From IMG/VR virus record IMGVR_UViG_3300011114_000773, positions 1 to 64,000 of that record: a stretch of 64,000 nucleotides of DNA; one strand, given 5' to 3'. The position numbers and the translations under genes are program-made. Source of the DNA: a virus. Shown in pieces: positions 44,734-54,296 of this stretch (its first letter is position 1; each line of letters begins with the position of its first letter). The notes beneath the pieces are model-generated. The model was not told the DNA's origin and made no database searches. It saw only the letters and a list, made by a program, of their open reading frames with translations.

Positions 44734-45801
44734 ATGAAAACCGTCTTTATAACAGGTGTGACTGGTCAAGATGGATATTACCTAGCGGAGTATCTAACCA
44801 AATACTTCCCAGAGCATAAGGTCATAGGATTCACAAGAAGCCGCCTAACTAGTAGCCAGCAGGGGCTTCTACTGGACCAATTCGGCGAGAAATTCACAGT
44901 TCAACATCTCGATATAAGAGACGGTTTGGCTATGAAGTATTTTTTTAAGCACTATCGTCCAGACTATTTTGTTAATTTCGCAGCAAGTACTAACCCATCA
45001 GCTAGTTGGAGGAATGCCTCAGAAGTCTTTGAGTGTAACGTAGATTCTGTCGCTAGAATACTAGAGCGCATTCACTTGTCTCGCCCATCGTGCAGATTCT
45101 TCTCTGCGGGTTCGAGTTTAGAGTTGGGAGACGCTATATCTAATGAAATTAAAACGCCATACGCACTTTCAAAATCTACAGCGGGAAAACTTGTCTCTAT
45201 GTTCAGAGATGAGTATGGGATTTTTGCCACGCACGGAATTCTTTTTAATCATACGAGTCCTAGGTCAAAAGAGAACTTCTCTGTTTGTAAGATAACGAAG
45301 GGCGCGGCAAGAATATTCTTATCCATGAAGACCTTGTCTGAATTCGAGCCGATAGTATTGGACGGAGACATTTATAATTATATAGACTGGTCTGATAGCA
45401 GGGAAATCGTCCGTGGAGTGTGGGACGCTCTCCAACAAAAAAAGCCGCTAGATTCTCCTCATTTTTGCAGTGGAATTAGGAGACAGCTATCAACTATTAT
45501 TTTTAGCGCGTTCTATTCACTTGGAATCGTCGGTGAATGGCGAGCGGATGGATTGTATCTCCCCGATTCGCTGGTTAAGGGGATGTCGGTTAAGTCTAAC
45601 TGCCTAGTAAGGATAAATCCCAGCAACCAGCATACACTAGCCGATAACCCCTATGGGGATGTCAAAAAGATGTCTGACATCGGATGGAAAATCCAGATTC
45701 CATTTGACACAACCATAAGGAATATGGTAGAGTACTACCTCACTGAAAACAAGAAAGCCATCAATATACGTCCCGATAATAAAGAAGTTCCTATCGGATG
45801 A
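44734..45801 (+). CDS. gmd: GDP-mannose 4,6-dehydratase-like
   Basis: ITGVTGQDG.YL, PYA.SK, GILFNH.SP, F...KI, DW. Confidence 0.8.
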   Translation: MKTVFITGVTGQDGYYLAEYLTKYFPEHKVIGFTRSRLTSSQQGLLLDQFGEKFTVQHLDIRDGLAMKYFFKHYRPDYFVNFAASTNPSASWRNASEVFECNVDSVARILERIHLSRPSCRFFSAGSSLELGDAISNEIKTPYALSKSTAGKLVSMFRDEYGIFATHGILFNHTSPRSKENFSVCKITKGAARIFLSMKTLSEFEPIVLDGDIYNYIDWSDSREIVRGVWDALQQKKPLDSPHFCSGIRRQLSTIIFSAFYSLGIVGEWRADGLYLPDSLVKGMSVKSNCLVRINPSNQHTLADNPYGDVKKMSDIGWKIQIPFDTTIRNMVEYYLTENKKAINIRPDNKEVPIG

Positions 45802-45811
45802 CAAGACGCGC

Positions 45812-46135
45812 TTGTTCTGCGGCGCTGATTGGGGTCGAGAAACCAAAGCGTGCAAAGACATGCTCGCGGAGAATTCTCTTACTCCAGAAGACGCCTTATT
45901 GATGGCCAAACCGACGTTCTCAATAAATTCTCTTAATTTTTTTAAGACAGCGAACGGTAAAAAATATGTCCTAGAGTGGCGAAGTAAGCAGTCGAAAAGC
46001 GAGCAACTATCGAATCAGTTAGCGTCCCGATGCGTCGAAGAGTATCCGCTTGATGAAGAGCCGGTAAAGACGAACGTCTCTCTTCGACCCAAGACGGTAA
46101 TGCAATTCGTTAATTATGGCAAAGAAAACCACTGA
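45812..46135 (+). CDS. hypothetical protein (start uncertain)
   Basis: ORF bridging gmd and recA. Confidence 0.5.
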   Translation: MFCGADWGRETKACKDMLAENSLTPEDALLMAKPTFSINSLNFFKTANGKKYVLEWRSKQSKSEQLSNQLASRCVEEYPLDEEPVKTNVSLRPKTVMQFVNYGKENH

Positions 46136-47216
46136 ACCAGTAGAGCAAATCACCTCGCAAAGTCAAATTGACGCCTTTTTAAAGGACAACTCTGACTATC
46201 ACTTTAATTTTAAACCAGCAGCGAATTACAAGATTCCGGGCGGCTCTTTGAAGTTGAATATAGAAATGGGAGGCGGTCTTCGCCCCGGTGTGACGAGATT
46301 CTCTGGAATTACAGAAGGCGGAAAAACTAGCTGCGCTCTTAGTTTCGCTAAAAATTTCCAAGAGCTAGTTCCTAACGGACACGTAGTGTATTTTAAATCA
46401 GAAGGCAGACTCTCGGACGAGATGCTGACAAGAAGCGGGATGAATCTCTCTCCCGAGAAGTTCAGAGTTATTAAGACCAACATCTATGAGGTGGTAGGCC
46501 AATTAATAATTCAACTTATTAATAACAACCCCGGAGATGTCAAATACTTTTTCGTTATCGACTCGATGGATTCTTTGAATCCCCAAGACGACGTTAATAA
46601 GGTGTTCGGGACGGCTGGAAGAGTGGCTGGAACGTCAGCTTTAACGGCGGACTTCTTAAAGAAAATGTCTCTTCCGATTGCCGAACTAGGACATATTTGC
46701 GTAATGATTTCGCAGATACGAACTAAGCTTCAATTAGATAAATATGCCCCGAAAGAGCATCAAACCACTAATGCGTCTGGTGGACATGCCCCGCTTCACT
46801 ATAGCGACTGGATTCTCGAATTTCAACACCACGACAACAAGGACGATAAGATTTTAGCCTCAGATGCCTCCCAGAAAATAATTGGGCATTGGTGCGGTAT
46901 CGTGTTTCGCAAGTCGATGAACGAAAAAACCGGAACTGAGGTTCGTTATCCAATTAAATATGGTAGGACTAATGGTTCTTCAGTATGGGTTGAGCGCGAA
47001 ATAGTTGACCTAATGATAATGTTCGAGTTGATTAAGAAGAAATCTTCTTGGCTGTCTGTCGATGAGAGCATCCTGACAGAGCTTAAAACCGCCGGTTTAG
47101 AGTGTGTAGATAAACTCCAAGGTGTTGACAACTTTTATCAATATTTCGAGGACAATCCAGCTTTGACAGAGTATTTTAAACGCAAATTCCAAGAGACTCT
47201 CCAGAAGACTCTGTAG
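46116..47216 (+). CDS. recA: RecA/UvsX-like recombinase
   Basis: G..EGGKT, IDS.D, ISQIR, SGG.A..HY. Confidence 0.9.
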   Translation: MAKKTTEPVEQITSQSQIDAFLKDNSDYHFNFKPAANYKIPGGSLKLNIEMGGGLRPGVTRFSGITEGGKTSCALSFAKNFQELVPNGHVVYFKSEGRLSDEMLTRSGMNLSPEKFRVIKTNIYEVVGQLIIQLINNNPGDVKYFFVIDSMDSLNPQDDVNKVFGTAGRVAGTSALTADFLKKMSLPIAELGHICVMISQIRTKLQLDKYAPKEHQTTNASGGHAPLHYSDWILEFQHHDNKDDKILASDASQKIIGHWCGIVFRKSMNEKTGTEVRYPIKYGRTNGSSVWVEREIVDLMIMFELIKKKSSWLSVDESILTELKTAGLECVDKLQGVDNFYQYFEDNPALTEYFKRKFQETLQKTL

Positions 47217-47222
47217 AATAAG

Positions 47223-48128
47223 CTATTGTATTTTCTTAAGTATCTCTAGTTTCCTAGGTAAAAACATATCGTAAATTTCGTTTTGGGCGTATAAATAATC
47301 TCTAATTCTTTTTACCTGTTTATTACCATCGCAGGAAATTTCCATATACTTCTTACCGGGCCTTCTGTACGTATAAAAATTAACACCGCACTTGTCTTCG
47401 ATTTCTCCTTTTATACCCAATAGGACTGCAACATTTCCTACAAATGAGACTCCTGCCTGATTGTTATGTCTCCTTATCTTAACGCACCCATCGCCCTCGA
47501 AGTATCCCCTGATAAAAAAGCGTACCAGATTGCTTCGTATATTAGGATACAGAGCCAAGAATGTTTTCTTTTCAATACATCCATGCTTTTTTAAGTCGTT
47601 TGCCATTTTTCTACTATTGACGCACACCGAGAATATATCTTTGTGTGAAGTCTGGTATCTTAGCACCTCTCCCTCAAAGTTAATTGCCTTTTTAAACTTC
47701 GCCAAGACTTCCTCGTCAATCAGAGCCAGTTTAACCCTTCTTCCGCTTATATTTCCGTCAGACATCATCCATCCAAACCAGTAAGCCTTTTCAGCAGTGT
47801 CAATTTCTTCAAAAAAATCGTGATTTACTTTAAACTTTTTTCTAGCTGTACTAAGGCCCATCTCTCGTAAAAAGGCTATCATTGTCGGCAAACTCACGCC
47901 GTATTCTAAGGCAAGCGTCGAAGAGTTCTTGCAATCAATGTATTTCTTTTTTATTTCGTCCTCAAGCCCTTTTAGGATTTTACCTTTACGGAACCCGACT
48001 TTCTCCGATATTAGTCTGCTACGAATCGGGCATGGAGATACATCGTGCTTTTCAGCTATCTGTCTTATCGTCAGCCCCGAAAGATAGTCGTTTTTAATTT
48101 GCTCTATATCAAGTTTAAGAGAATTCAT
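47223..48128 (-). CDS. double-motif LAGLIDADG homing endonuclease with N-terminal HTH
   Basis: AYWFGWMMSDG and FIRGYFEGDG. Confidence 0.85.
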   Translation of the reverse strand: MNSLKLDIEQIKNDYLSGLTIRQIAEKHDVSPCPIRSRLISEKVGFRKGKILKGLEDEIKKKYIDCKNSSTLALEYGVSLPTMIAFLREMGLSTARKKFKVNHDFFEEIDTAEKAYWFGWMMSDGNISGRRVKLALIDEEVLAKFKKAINFEGEVLRYQTSHKDIFSVCVNSRKMANDLKKHGCIEKKTFLALYPNIRSNLVRFFIRGYFEGDGCVKIRRHNNQAGVSFVGNVAVLLGIKGEIEDKCGVNFYTYRRPGKKYMEISCDGNKQVKRIRDYLYAQNEIYDMFLPRKLEILKKIQ

Positions 48129-48189
48129 ATCGTCTAAAATATGATACACTTCGTCTTATCTTCTCGTAAAACTAAAAGTAATATACTAT

Positions 48190-48603
48190 ATGCGTCTGTA
48201 TAACGTCAATGGCAAGTTAGTCAGCAAAAATGTGTCAAAATACCTAATAAAGTGGGACGCGCCCAGCCGGTCAAAGATACAGTTTAGAGTGAAGCAGTTC
48301 TTCAAGCCATATTGGACTGGTCAGATAGTTTATGAGGAGTACCCAGTCTTCGGGAGTTTATTGAAAGTAGATATACTCAACGCTACCCGAAAAATCGCAA
48401 TAGAAGTCCACGGGGCACAGCACGAACACCATAACCCATTTTTTCATCCCACAAAGCAGGACTTTTTAAGTTCCGTGGTTAGGGACTTAAAAAAGCACGA
48501 ATGGCTTAGTATGAATAACTTTAAAATTATTGAAATCTACGAGCATGAGATAAAATTGGTGTCTAAAACCTTTATCAAAGAAAAATTCGGACTGGACCTC
48601 TAA
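48190..48603 (+). CDS. Vsr/DUF559-like endonuclease
   Basis: EEYP, D, AIEVHG.QH, RD..K..W. Confidence 0.7.
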   Translation: MRLYNVNGKLVSKNVSKYLIKWDAPSRSKIQFRVKQFFKPYWTGQIVYEEYPVFGSLLKVDILNATRKIAIEVHGAQHEHHNPFFHPTKQDFLSSVVRDLKKHEWLSMNNFKIIEIYEHEIKLVSKTFIKEKFGLDL

Positions 48604-48619
48604 TAGTGTATATACCAGC

Positions 48620-48871
48620 ATGGAACAACCTCGACAAATTCCCGAGAGCTTTATATCCACGCTCAATGAGCACACTACTGGAGGATATTTAATTTGCTAT
48701 TTCGATTTGAATGGTTGCCCGCGAATGCAGTGCGAATTTGATAATGTCGCGTATTCGCTCGCCGCACAGAAATATCTAAGTAATTGGCTTGAGGCTATTT
48801 CCGCTTCCCAGCAGAATGTAATGATGGACGCCTTAGATGGCACCATTCAGGAAGACGGGGAAGAAGAATAA
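48620..48871 (+). CDS. hypothetical protein
   Basis: GTGTAT-N8-ATG; acidic C-terminus. Confidence 0.55.
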   Translation: MEQPRQIPESFISTLNEHTTGGYLICYFDLNGCPRMQCEFDNVAYSLAAQKYLSNWLEAISASQQNVMMDALDGTIQEDGEEE

Positions 48872-48913
48872 TTTCTTGACATTTATCCCTTCGTCTGGTA
48901 AAATTAGCTCGCA

Positions 48914-50419
48914 ATGAGCAAACTTTACTCTATAGAGTCCGAACGAGCACTGCTTGGCGGAATTCTAAATAAACCCATCACTTTCCCCGACATAGATGGT
49001 TCTCTGAAAGAGACAGACTTCTTCTCCCGCGAGCACGGCACAATCTATGCGTGCATGAGACAGATTCTTTCTGAAAAAAAAGAGCTGACAGTCACTTCCT
49101 TGACAACAAGGGTCAAGAGTCTCGGCCTCAAATTTAATGGTGTCCTCGATATCGAGGAGTATATCGAATCTGTCAGCCTCCACTCCTTAAATGATAAGGC
49201 TATTTTAGAAACTGCTGGAGAGATAGTCAAACTCCGAGCGTTCAGGGGTATGGAGTCATCGGCAAAAGAAATCTGCCGCTTTTTAGAGAAAAATACATCA
49301 GCGACTCTTAGCCACGCAGTCTCCTCGGTAGATAGCCTAATGGCAGAAACGGTCAATGGGTTTATCGTCGATGACATTCCTGTTAATATTTTTGACGAGT
49401 TAAGCAAGGAAGTAGTTATCCTCGGGAACTCTCCGACAGAAGGAACCGGCCTTAAGACTCCGTATCCTAGTTTCAACAAACTGTTCGGAGAACTGCGTGG
49501 AGGAAACGTATATGGAATAGCATCGCGACCCGGACAAGGAAAGACTACATTCTTATGCGATATGGCCCTCGGAGTCGCTAGGGAAAACAATGTTCCGACC
49601 CTTTTCCTTGATACAGAAATGACTACGAAGGAAATCCGACTACGAATGGCCGCATCAATCGTCGGGATACCCCTGTGGTACGTGGAGACTGGGAACTGGA
49701 ATAAGAACGCAGACCTCCGGGCAAAAATGAATGCTGGACTTGCTAAGATTGATTCGGAGATGAAGTCTCTCAAATTTTTTCATTTTCATGTAGGCAATAA
49801 GACAATCGTAGAGGTCTTGACCATTATCCGAAGATGGTATTGGAGCGTTGTTGGTCGTGGAAATAAATGCTTGGTAGTCTATGACTATTTGAAACTAACT
49901 GGCGAAAAGGTCGGGGCAAATTGGGCGGAATATCAAGCGATTGGCGAAAAAACCAATCAGCTTAAAGCGATTTCTGTTGAAATTGATAATCCCGTATTTA
50001 CTGCTATTCAAATTAATCGCTCTGGAGAAAGCTCTGGCCGTCAAGCAAAAGAAGTAACGGATGACTCCAGTGTCATCGCTCAGTCTGACCGCGTATTGTG
50101 GTTCGTTACATTTTTAGCTATTTTTAGAAGAAAAACTTCTGACGAGCTAGCCCTAGACGGAAAAGATTTTGGCTCTCATAAGCTTATTGATTTGAAGACG
50201 CGCTATCAGGGTAAGGAAGCGGCTGGACATCAGAACCTAGTTGAGAGGCAGCAGCAAGACGGAAGCTCGACGTTCGAGCCAAACTATATCAGTTTTAATA
50301 TCGAAAATTTTAGAGTCACCGAAACTGGAACACTCAAAGACATCATCGCCAAGGGAGGCCCAATGCAGGTGTCCTTTAAGAAAGAAGACGACGAGTCCGG
50401 CGAAGCCCCATTTAAATGA
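48914..50419 (+). CDS. dnaB: DnaB-like replicative helicase
   Basis: E.ALLG, SRPGQGKT, DTEM, DYLK, QINR, K.R; promoter TTGACA-N17-TAAAAT (48876-48904). Confidence 0.92.
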   Translation: MSKLYSIESERALLGGILNKPITFPDIDGSLKETDFFSREHGTIYACMRQILSEKKELTVTSLTTRVKSLGLKFNGVLDIEEYIESVSLHSLNDKAILETAGEIVKLRAFRGMESSAKEICRFLEKNTSATLSHAVSSVDSLMAETVNGFIVDDIPVNIFDELSKEVVILGNSPTEGTGLKTPYPSFNKLFGELRGGNVYGIASRPGQGKTTFLCDMALGVARENNVPTLFLDTEMTTKEIRLRMAASIVGIPLWYVETGNWNKNADLRAKMNAGLAKIDSEMKSLKFFHFHVGNKTIVEVLTIIRRWYWSVVGRGNKCLVVYDYLKLTGEKVGANWAEYQAIGEKTNQLKAISVEIDNPVFTAIQINRSGESSGRQAKEVTDDSSVIAQSDRVLWFVTFLAIFRRKTSDELALDGKDFGSHKLIDLKTRYQGKEAAGHQNLVERQQQDGSSTFEPNYISFNIENFRVTETGTLKDIIAKGGPMQVSFKKEDDESGEAPFK

Positions 50420-51330
50420 GCGCAGAAACCTCTATAAAAGATATCCTAATTGAATTAGGGTTTACCGGAATAACTGATGCCGGAAAGAATTACAGATGCC
50501 GCCCAATTTATCGTGATTCAAGTTCTGCTACTGTCTGCTCTATACAGAAGCAGAACGGATTGTGGTATGATTTTCGAGAAAATCTTGGTGGAGACTTAAA
50601 GGATTTAGTCGCTTTATGCCTTAAAGTTAATAAAGAAGAAGCTCTTAAGTTCCTAGCTGATAAGAACTACGCCCCCACGGAGGTCGATGAGCGTGAGGAG
50701 CTACTATCCACAGTAAAAAAATATCCTATCGAATGGCTTAGTAACCTAGAGCAGTCAAACACATACTGGTTAGGAAGGGGTATATCAGGAGCTACTATAA
50801 ATAAATTTCGCGGAGGAGTCGCTACGACCGGGAGAATGTATCATAGATATGTATTTCCCATCTTTGACGAACGCGAAACTATCGTTGGATTCGCTGGAAG
50901 AGACTTGCTTAAGCTAGAGAATAGTCAGCGTCCAAAGTGGAAAATACTAGGTGAAAAACGCGAGTTCGCATATCCCTATTATCTGAATAAAGGAGCCATC
51001 TCTTCTTCTAAGTCGGTTATCCTAGTTGAAAGTATTGGCGACTGCCTTAGTCTTTATGAAAGCGGAATAGAAAATACTTTAGTGACCTTCGGTGTCTCTA
51101 TAAGTTCTGGAGTAATTAAAACCTTACTTAAGACTAGGCCCGAACAGATAGTAATTGCTCTAAATAACGATAGCTCAGGGAACTCAGCCGGAAATGAAGC
51201 AGCGCTAGAATTTAAAAAAGAACTCGGAAATTATTTTAACCCAGAAACGGTAAAGGTAAAACTTCCTGCGCAGAAAGATTTTGGTGATATGTCTCGTGAA
51301 GAAATCGCATTATGGAAAAATCAGATTTAA
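50416..51330 (+). CDS. dnaG: DnaG-like primase (TOPRIM)
   Basis: FPI, GF.GR, KW, LVES..D, NND..G..A, KD. Confidence 0.85.
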   Translation: MSAETSIKDILIELGFTGITDAGKNYRCRPIYRDSSSATVCSIQKQNGLWYDFRENLGGDLKDLVALCLKVNKEEALKFLADKNYAPTEVDEREELLSTVKKYPIEWLSNLEQSNTYWLGRGISGATINKFRGGVATTGRMYHRYVFPIFDERETIVGFAGRDLLKLENSQRPKWKILGEKREFAYPYYLNKGAISSSKSVILVESIGDCLSLYESGIENTLVTFGVSISSGVIKTLLKTRPEQIVIALNNDSSGNSAGNEAALEFKKELGNYFNPETVKVKLPAQKDFGDMSREEIALWKNQI

Positions 51331-52313
51331 AAAAACTATCAGCTAGCAGGATAAAAACTCTTCAGAGTTGCTCATGGACGTACTGGGCGAACTACGTCCT
51401 CAAGCTTCCTCAGTTGTCTAATTCTGGAGCTATGAGGGGTAGTATATGCCACGATATTTTCGAGTTGCTGCTTATGGACAGCAGGAAGAAGTATCAAAGA
51501 AAAATAGTCAAAAGCAATTCTCTGGACGCCTGTCCTTCTGTGAAAAGGCTCGTCAAGCTGTATCTCAAGAAGCAGAAGCTTAATGACCAATCGGAATACA
51601 ATCTCGTAGAGAGGATGATTGTCGTCGGGCTTGCTAGCGATTTCTTTGGAAAGAAAGGGACAAAACTGTTCTCTCCAGAGCATCAATTCGATATAGTAAA
51701 CTCGGAACCTCTATATCATATCGGCGGATTCATTGATAAGTGGGGGATAGACGAAAAGACGAAAACCATCTATATCTATGATTATAAGTCTAGTAAAGCT
51801 AAATTCGCTGGAGAAGAGCAAACATCTAATATCCAAGCGATGATGTATAGCCTTGTCGCTAAGAAGTTGTATCCAGAATACAAGCCCGTAGTCATTTTCA
51901 TATTTCTACGATTTGGTGACTCTCCAGAACAAATAGTTGAGTTTGATGAAAAAACGCTGGCCGGTTTCGAGCACTACCTAGAAGATGTAAATAGTCAAAT
52001 TAATAACTTTTCCTACGCTGATGCTATGGCGAACTTCGCCGCCGACCAACAGCAAAAGGGAGATTCCTTTAGTGGAAGGTTGGTCTGTGGTTTTTCAAAA
52101 ACGAAGGGCGAACTTAAAAAAGATGGTATGCCAAAATGGAGTTGCCCATATAAATTTGGATTTGATTACTTTGTCGGACTGGACAAGAATCAACAGATAG
52201 TGTCAACGGCCTTCACTAAAAACGAACTCGTTGACTCAAAGATTGTCTCTATTGAACCTCGGCAATACAACGGCTGCCCAAAATTCAATAAAACAGGCTT
52301 GACTAGTTTTTGA
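51312..52313 (+). CDS. PD-(D/E)XK RecB/Cas4-like exonuclease
   Basis: SASRI...C, G.ID, DYKS, Q...Y, C..C.Y. Confidence 0.85.
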   Translation: MEKSDLKKLSASRIKTLQSCSWTYWANYVLKLPQLSNSGAMRGSICHDIFELLLMDSRKKYQRKIVKSNSLDACPSVKRLVKLYLKKQKLNDQSEYNLVERMIVVGLASDFFGKKGTKLFSPEHQFDIVNSEPLYHIGGFIDKWGIDEKTKTIYIYDYKSSKAKFAGEEQTSNIQAMMYSLVAKKLYPEYKPVVIFIFLRFGDSPEQIVEFDEKTLAGFEHYLEDVNSQINNFSYADAMANFAADQQQKGDSFSGRLVCGFSKTKGELKKDGMPKWSCPYKFGFDYFVGLDKNQQIVSTAFTKNELVDSKIVSIEPRQYNGCPKFNKTGLTSF

Positions 52314-52357
52314 CGATTGTCCTTGACTGAATAGAGTGTGCAGCTTATGATAAGAGT

Positions 52358-53152
52358 ATGACTCAGAAAGTTTTTCCGATGCTAAAATCTCACTTTTCCG
52401 TGGGAAAGTCTATTTTAACTTTAGACGAGCCGGGTACCGAGGTCGTCGGTGGACCGGATTCGATATTCTCCCTTGCTAAAGCTAGGCCGGATGACAGATT
52501 CTTCGTAGTTGAAGACTCTATCTCTGGAGTTATGCAGGCGCTAACGGTTGCGAGTAAGACTAAAACCAAAATGACATACGGACTTCGCTTTACATACCTA
52601 GATGATGCTTCCGACAAAAGCGAGGCATCCCTGAAAAAAGAAAGTAAGATAGTTCTCTTGATGAAGAACTCTAATGCCTATACCGACTTAATTAAACTCT
52701 CTACGCTAGCGTCAAAAGATGGCTTCTATTATCTTCCCCGCCTAGACGCTAAAATGCTAAAAAAAATAGGGACGAGCAACTTGGTTTTAGTAGTTCCGTT
52801 CTACGACTCTTACCTATTCCGTAATAATCTCGAAACAGCGTCTGTCGTCCCTTCATTTTTGGGGGAATTCCCTAATGTTTATTTTTCTATTGAGGACAAC
52901 GACCTTCCTTTCGATTATCTTACTGAATGTCTAGTGCGGGATGCTGTTTTTAACCTCTCCAATGCTCAAGTAATTTATACGCAAAGTATCTTCTACGCAA
53001 AAAAGAAAGACTTCCTATCGTATCTAACTTTTAGATGTATTCATAATAGGACAAGTCTGGAGAAACCAAATCTCGAACACATGAGTAGTGATTCATTTTG
53101 TTACGAGAACTACCTTTTAAAAACTAATGAGCATACCCAATACGCCGTCTAA
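52358..53152 (+). CDS. stand-alone PHP domain of DNA polymerase III alpha
   Basis: HFS..KSIL, LL.KN...Y..LIKLS, FYY.PR.D; leaderless promoter at 52323-52351. Confidence 0.75.
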   Translation: MTQKVFPMLKSHFSVGKSILTLDEPGTEVVGGPDSIFSLAKARPDDRFFVVEDSISGVMQALTVASKTKTKMTYGLRFTYLDDASDKSEASLKKESKIVLLMKNSNAYTDLIKLSTLASKDGFYYLPRLDAKMLKKIGTSNLVLVVPFYDSYLFRNNLETASVVPSFLGEFPNVYFSIEDNDLPFDYLTECLVRDAVFNLSNAQVIYTQSIFYAKKKDFLSYLTFRCIHNRTSLEKPNLEHMSSDSFCYENYLLKTNEHTQYAV

Positions 53153-53639
53153 ACAGAGTCCATCGTCTGAAAAAATATTCGACTTCTCCGAGCAGATGAA
53201 GTCTGGAGATGCTGGTGAGCGGCTTTTCGTAAAAGCCTATAGCAATCTAAGTCCAGTTAAGTCTCAAGACTTACGGTATGATTTCTCAACAAGTATTGGC
53301 ACGGTTGAGTTAAAAACAGACCTATACCCGATGAGTCAGACAAAAAACTTCTTTATGGAAAGGTTCGGCGACATGAACGCAAAGAAGTCTGGCGGCCCTT
53401 GGCGGTCACACGAAGATAAGGTTGATTATTTCGTCTATTTCTACACAAGCGATTTAACTTTCTTTTGGTTTAAAACTCCCGAACTCATTGCTATTATCGA
53501 CGGCTTGACTAATAAGCGAAGAGAAAGATGGGTCAGGAACAAAGCATGGACCACTCTTGGGTATGTAATTCCTAGGTCCGAATTGGCATCTGTGACCTAC
53601 CAGACCGACGTTTTTCCTGCTCCGACAGACCCTTTCTGA
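53127..53639 (+). CDS. PD-(D/E)XK endonuclease-like protein
   Basis: G..GE, DF, ELKTD, NFF.E. Confidence 0.6.
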   Translation: MSIPNTPSKQSPSSEKIFDFSEQMKSGDAGERLFVKAYSNLSPVKSQDLRYDFSTSIGTVELKTDLYPMSQTKNFFMERFGDMNAKKSGGPWRSHEDKVDYFVYFYTSDLTFFWFKTPELIAIIDGLTNKRRERWVRNKAWTTLGYVIPRSELASVTYQTDVFPAPTDPF

Positions 53640-53648
53640 TATAAAAAT

Positions 53649-54296
53649 ATGGATGGACATTTAATTAGATTTGATAAACAGTCGAAGTTCTGTTTTGTGG
53701 ATATAGAGTCATTTAATCTATGCTTATCTCTGGTATATAATAGGCCTTGGCAAATAGGACTTATCTCAGTCGTCGGAGACTCGATAGTCAAAAGCAATGA
53801 CGTGATAATCAACTGGCCGCATGTAAACGGCTTGACTTGCTCGGAAGGCGCAGCTAGAATCAATCACTATAATCAGTTCTCAGTCGCTAGAGATGGAATA
53901 ACCCCACAGGAGGGATTCGTTATGCTCGACAGTTACCTTTCTGATGCGAAATACATAGTGGGTCATAATTTATTTGGGTTCGACCTATATCTTATTCGAG
54001 ATATGTATCGGATGTTTGGCAAACCTTGGCAGCATTTAATTCCAAAAGTAATCGACACTAAAGCAATCGCCTTTGGCGTTAAGACAAACGTCCCATTCGA
54101 TGCTAGCAAAGAGAGTATAACCATGTACCAATATAGAATGGGAAATACCAGAGCTAAAGGAGTAAAAACATCACTTTCTACGTTAGCAAAAGAATACGGT
54201 ATAAAATTAGACGAGACTCGCTTGCACGAAGCTTTATATGACTTGGAGATAAATATCCAAGTGTGGAACAAATTAAAATTTCAAATAGACCTATGA
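53649..54296 (+). CDS. DnaQ-like 3'-5' proofreading exonuclease
   Basis: DIES, GHN..FD, DT, LHEALYD. Confidence 0.85.
   Translation: MDGHLIRFDKQSKFCFVDIESFNLCLSLVYNRPWQIGLISVVGDSIVKSNDVIINWPHVNGLTCSEGAARINHYNQFSVARDGITPQEGFVMLDSYLSDAKYIVGHNLFGFDLYLIRDMYRMFGKPWQHLIPKVIDTKAIAFGVKTNVPFDASKESITMYQYRMGNTRAKGVKTSLSTLAKEYGIKLDETRLHEALYDLEINIQVWNKLKFQIDL

Noticed and set aside
49045-49773. 242-aa antisense ORF, and similar shadow ORFs such as 52-378, 2418-2888, 15438-15647 and 33168-33617
   Set aside because: They overlap well-supported genes or the structured RNA in another frame or strand and carry no motifs.
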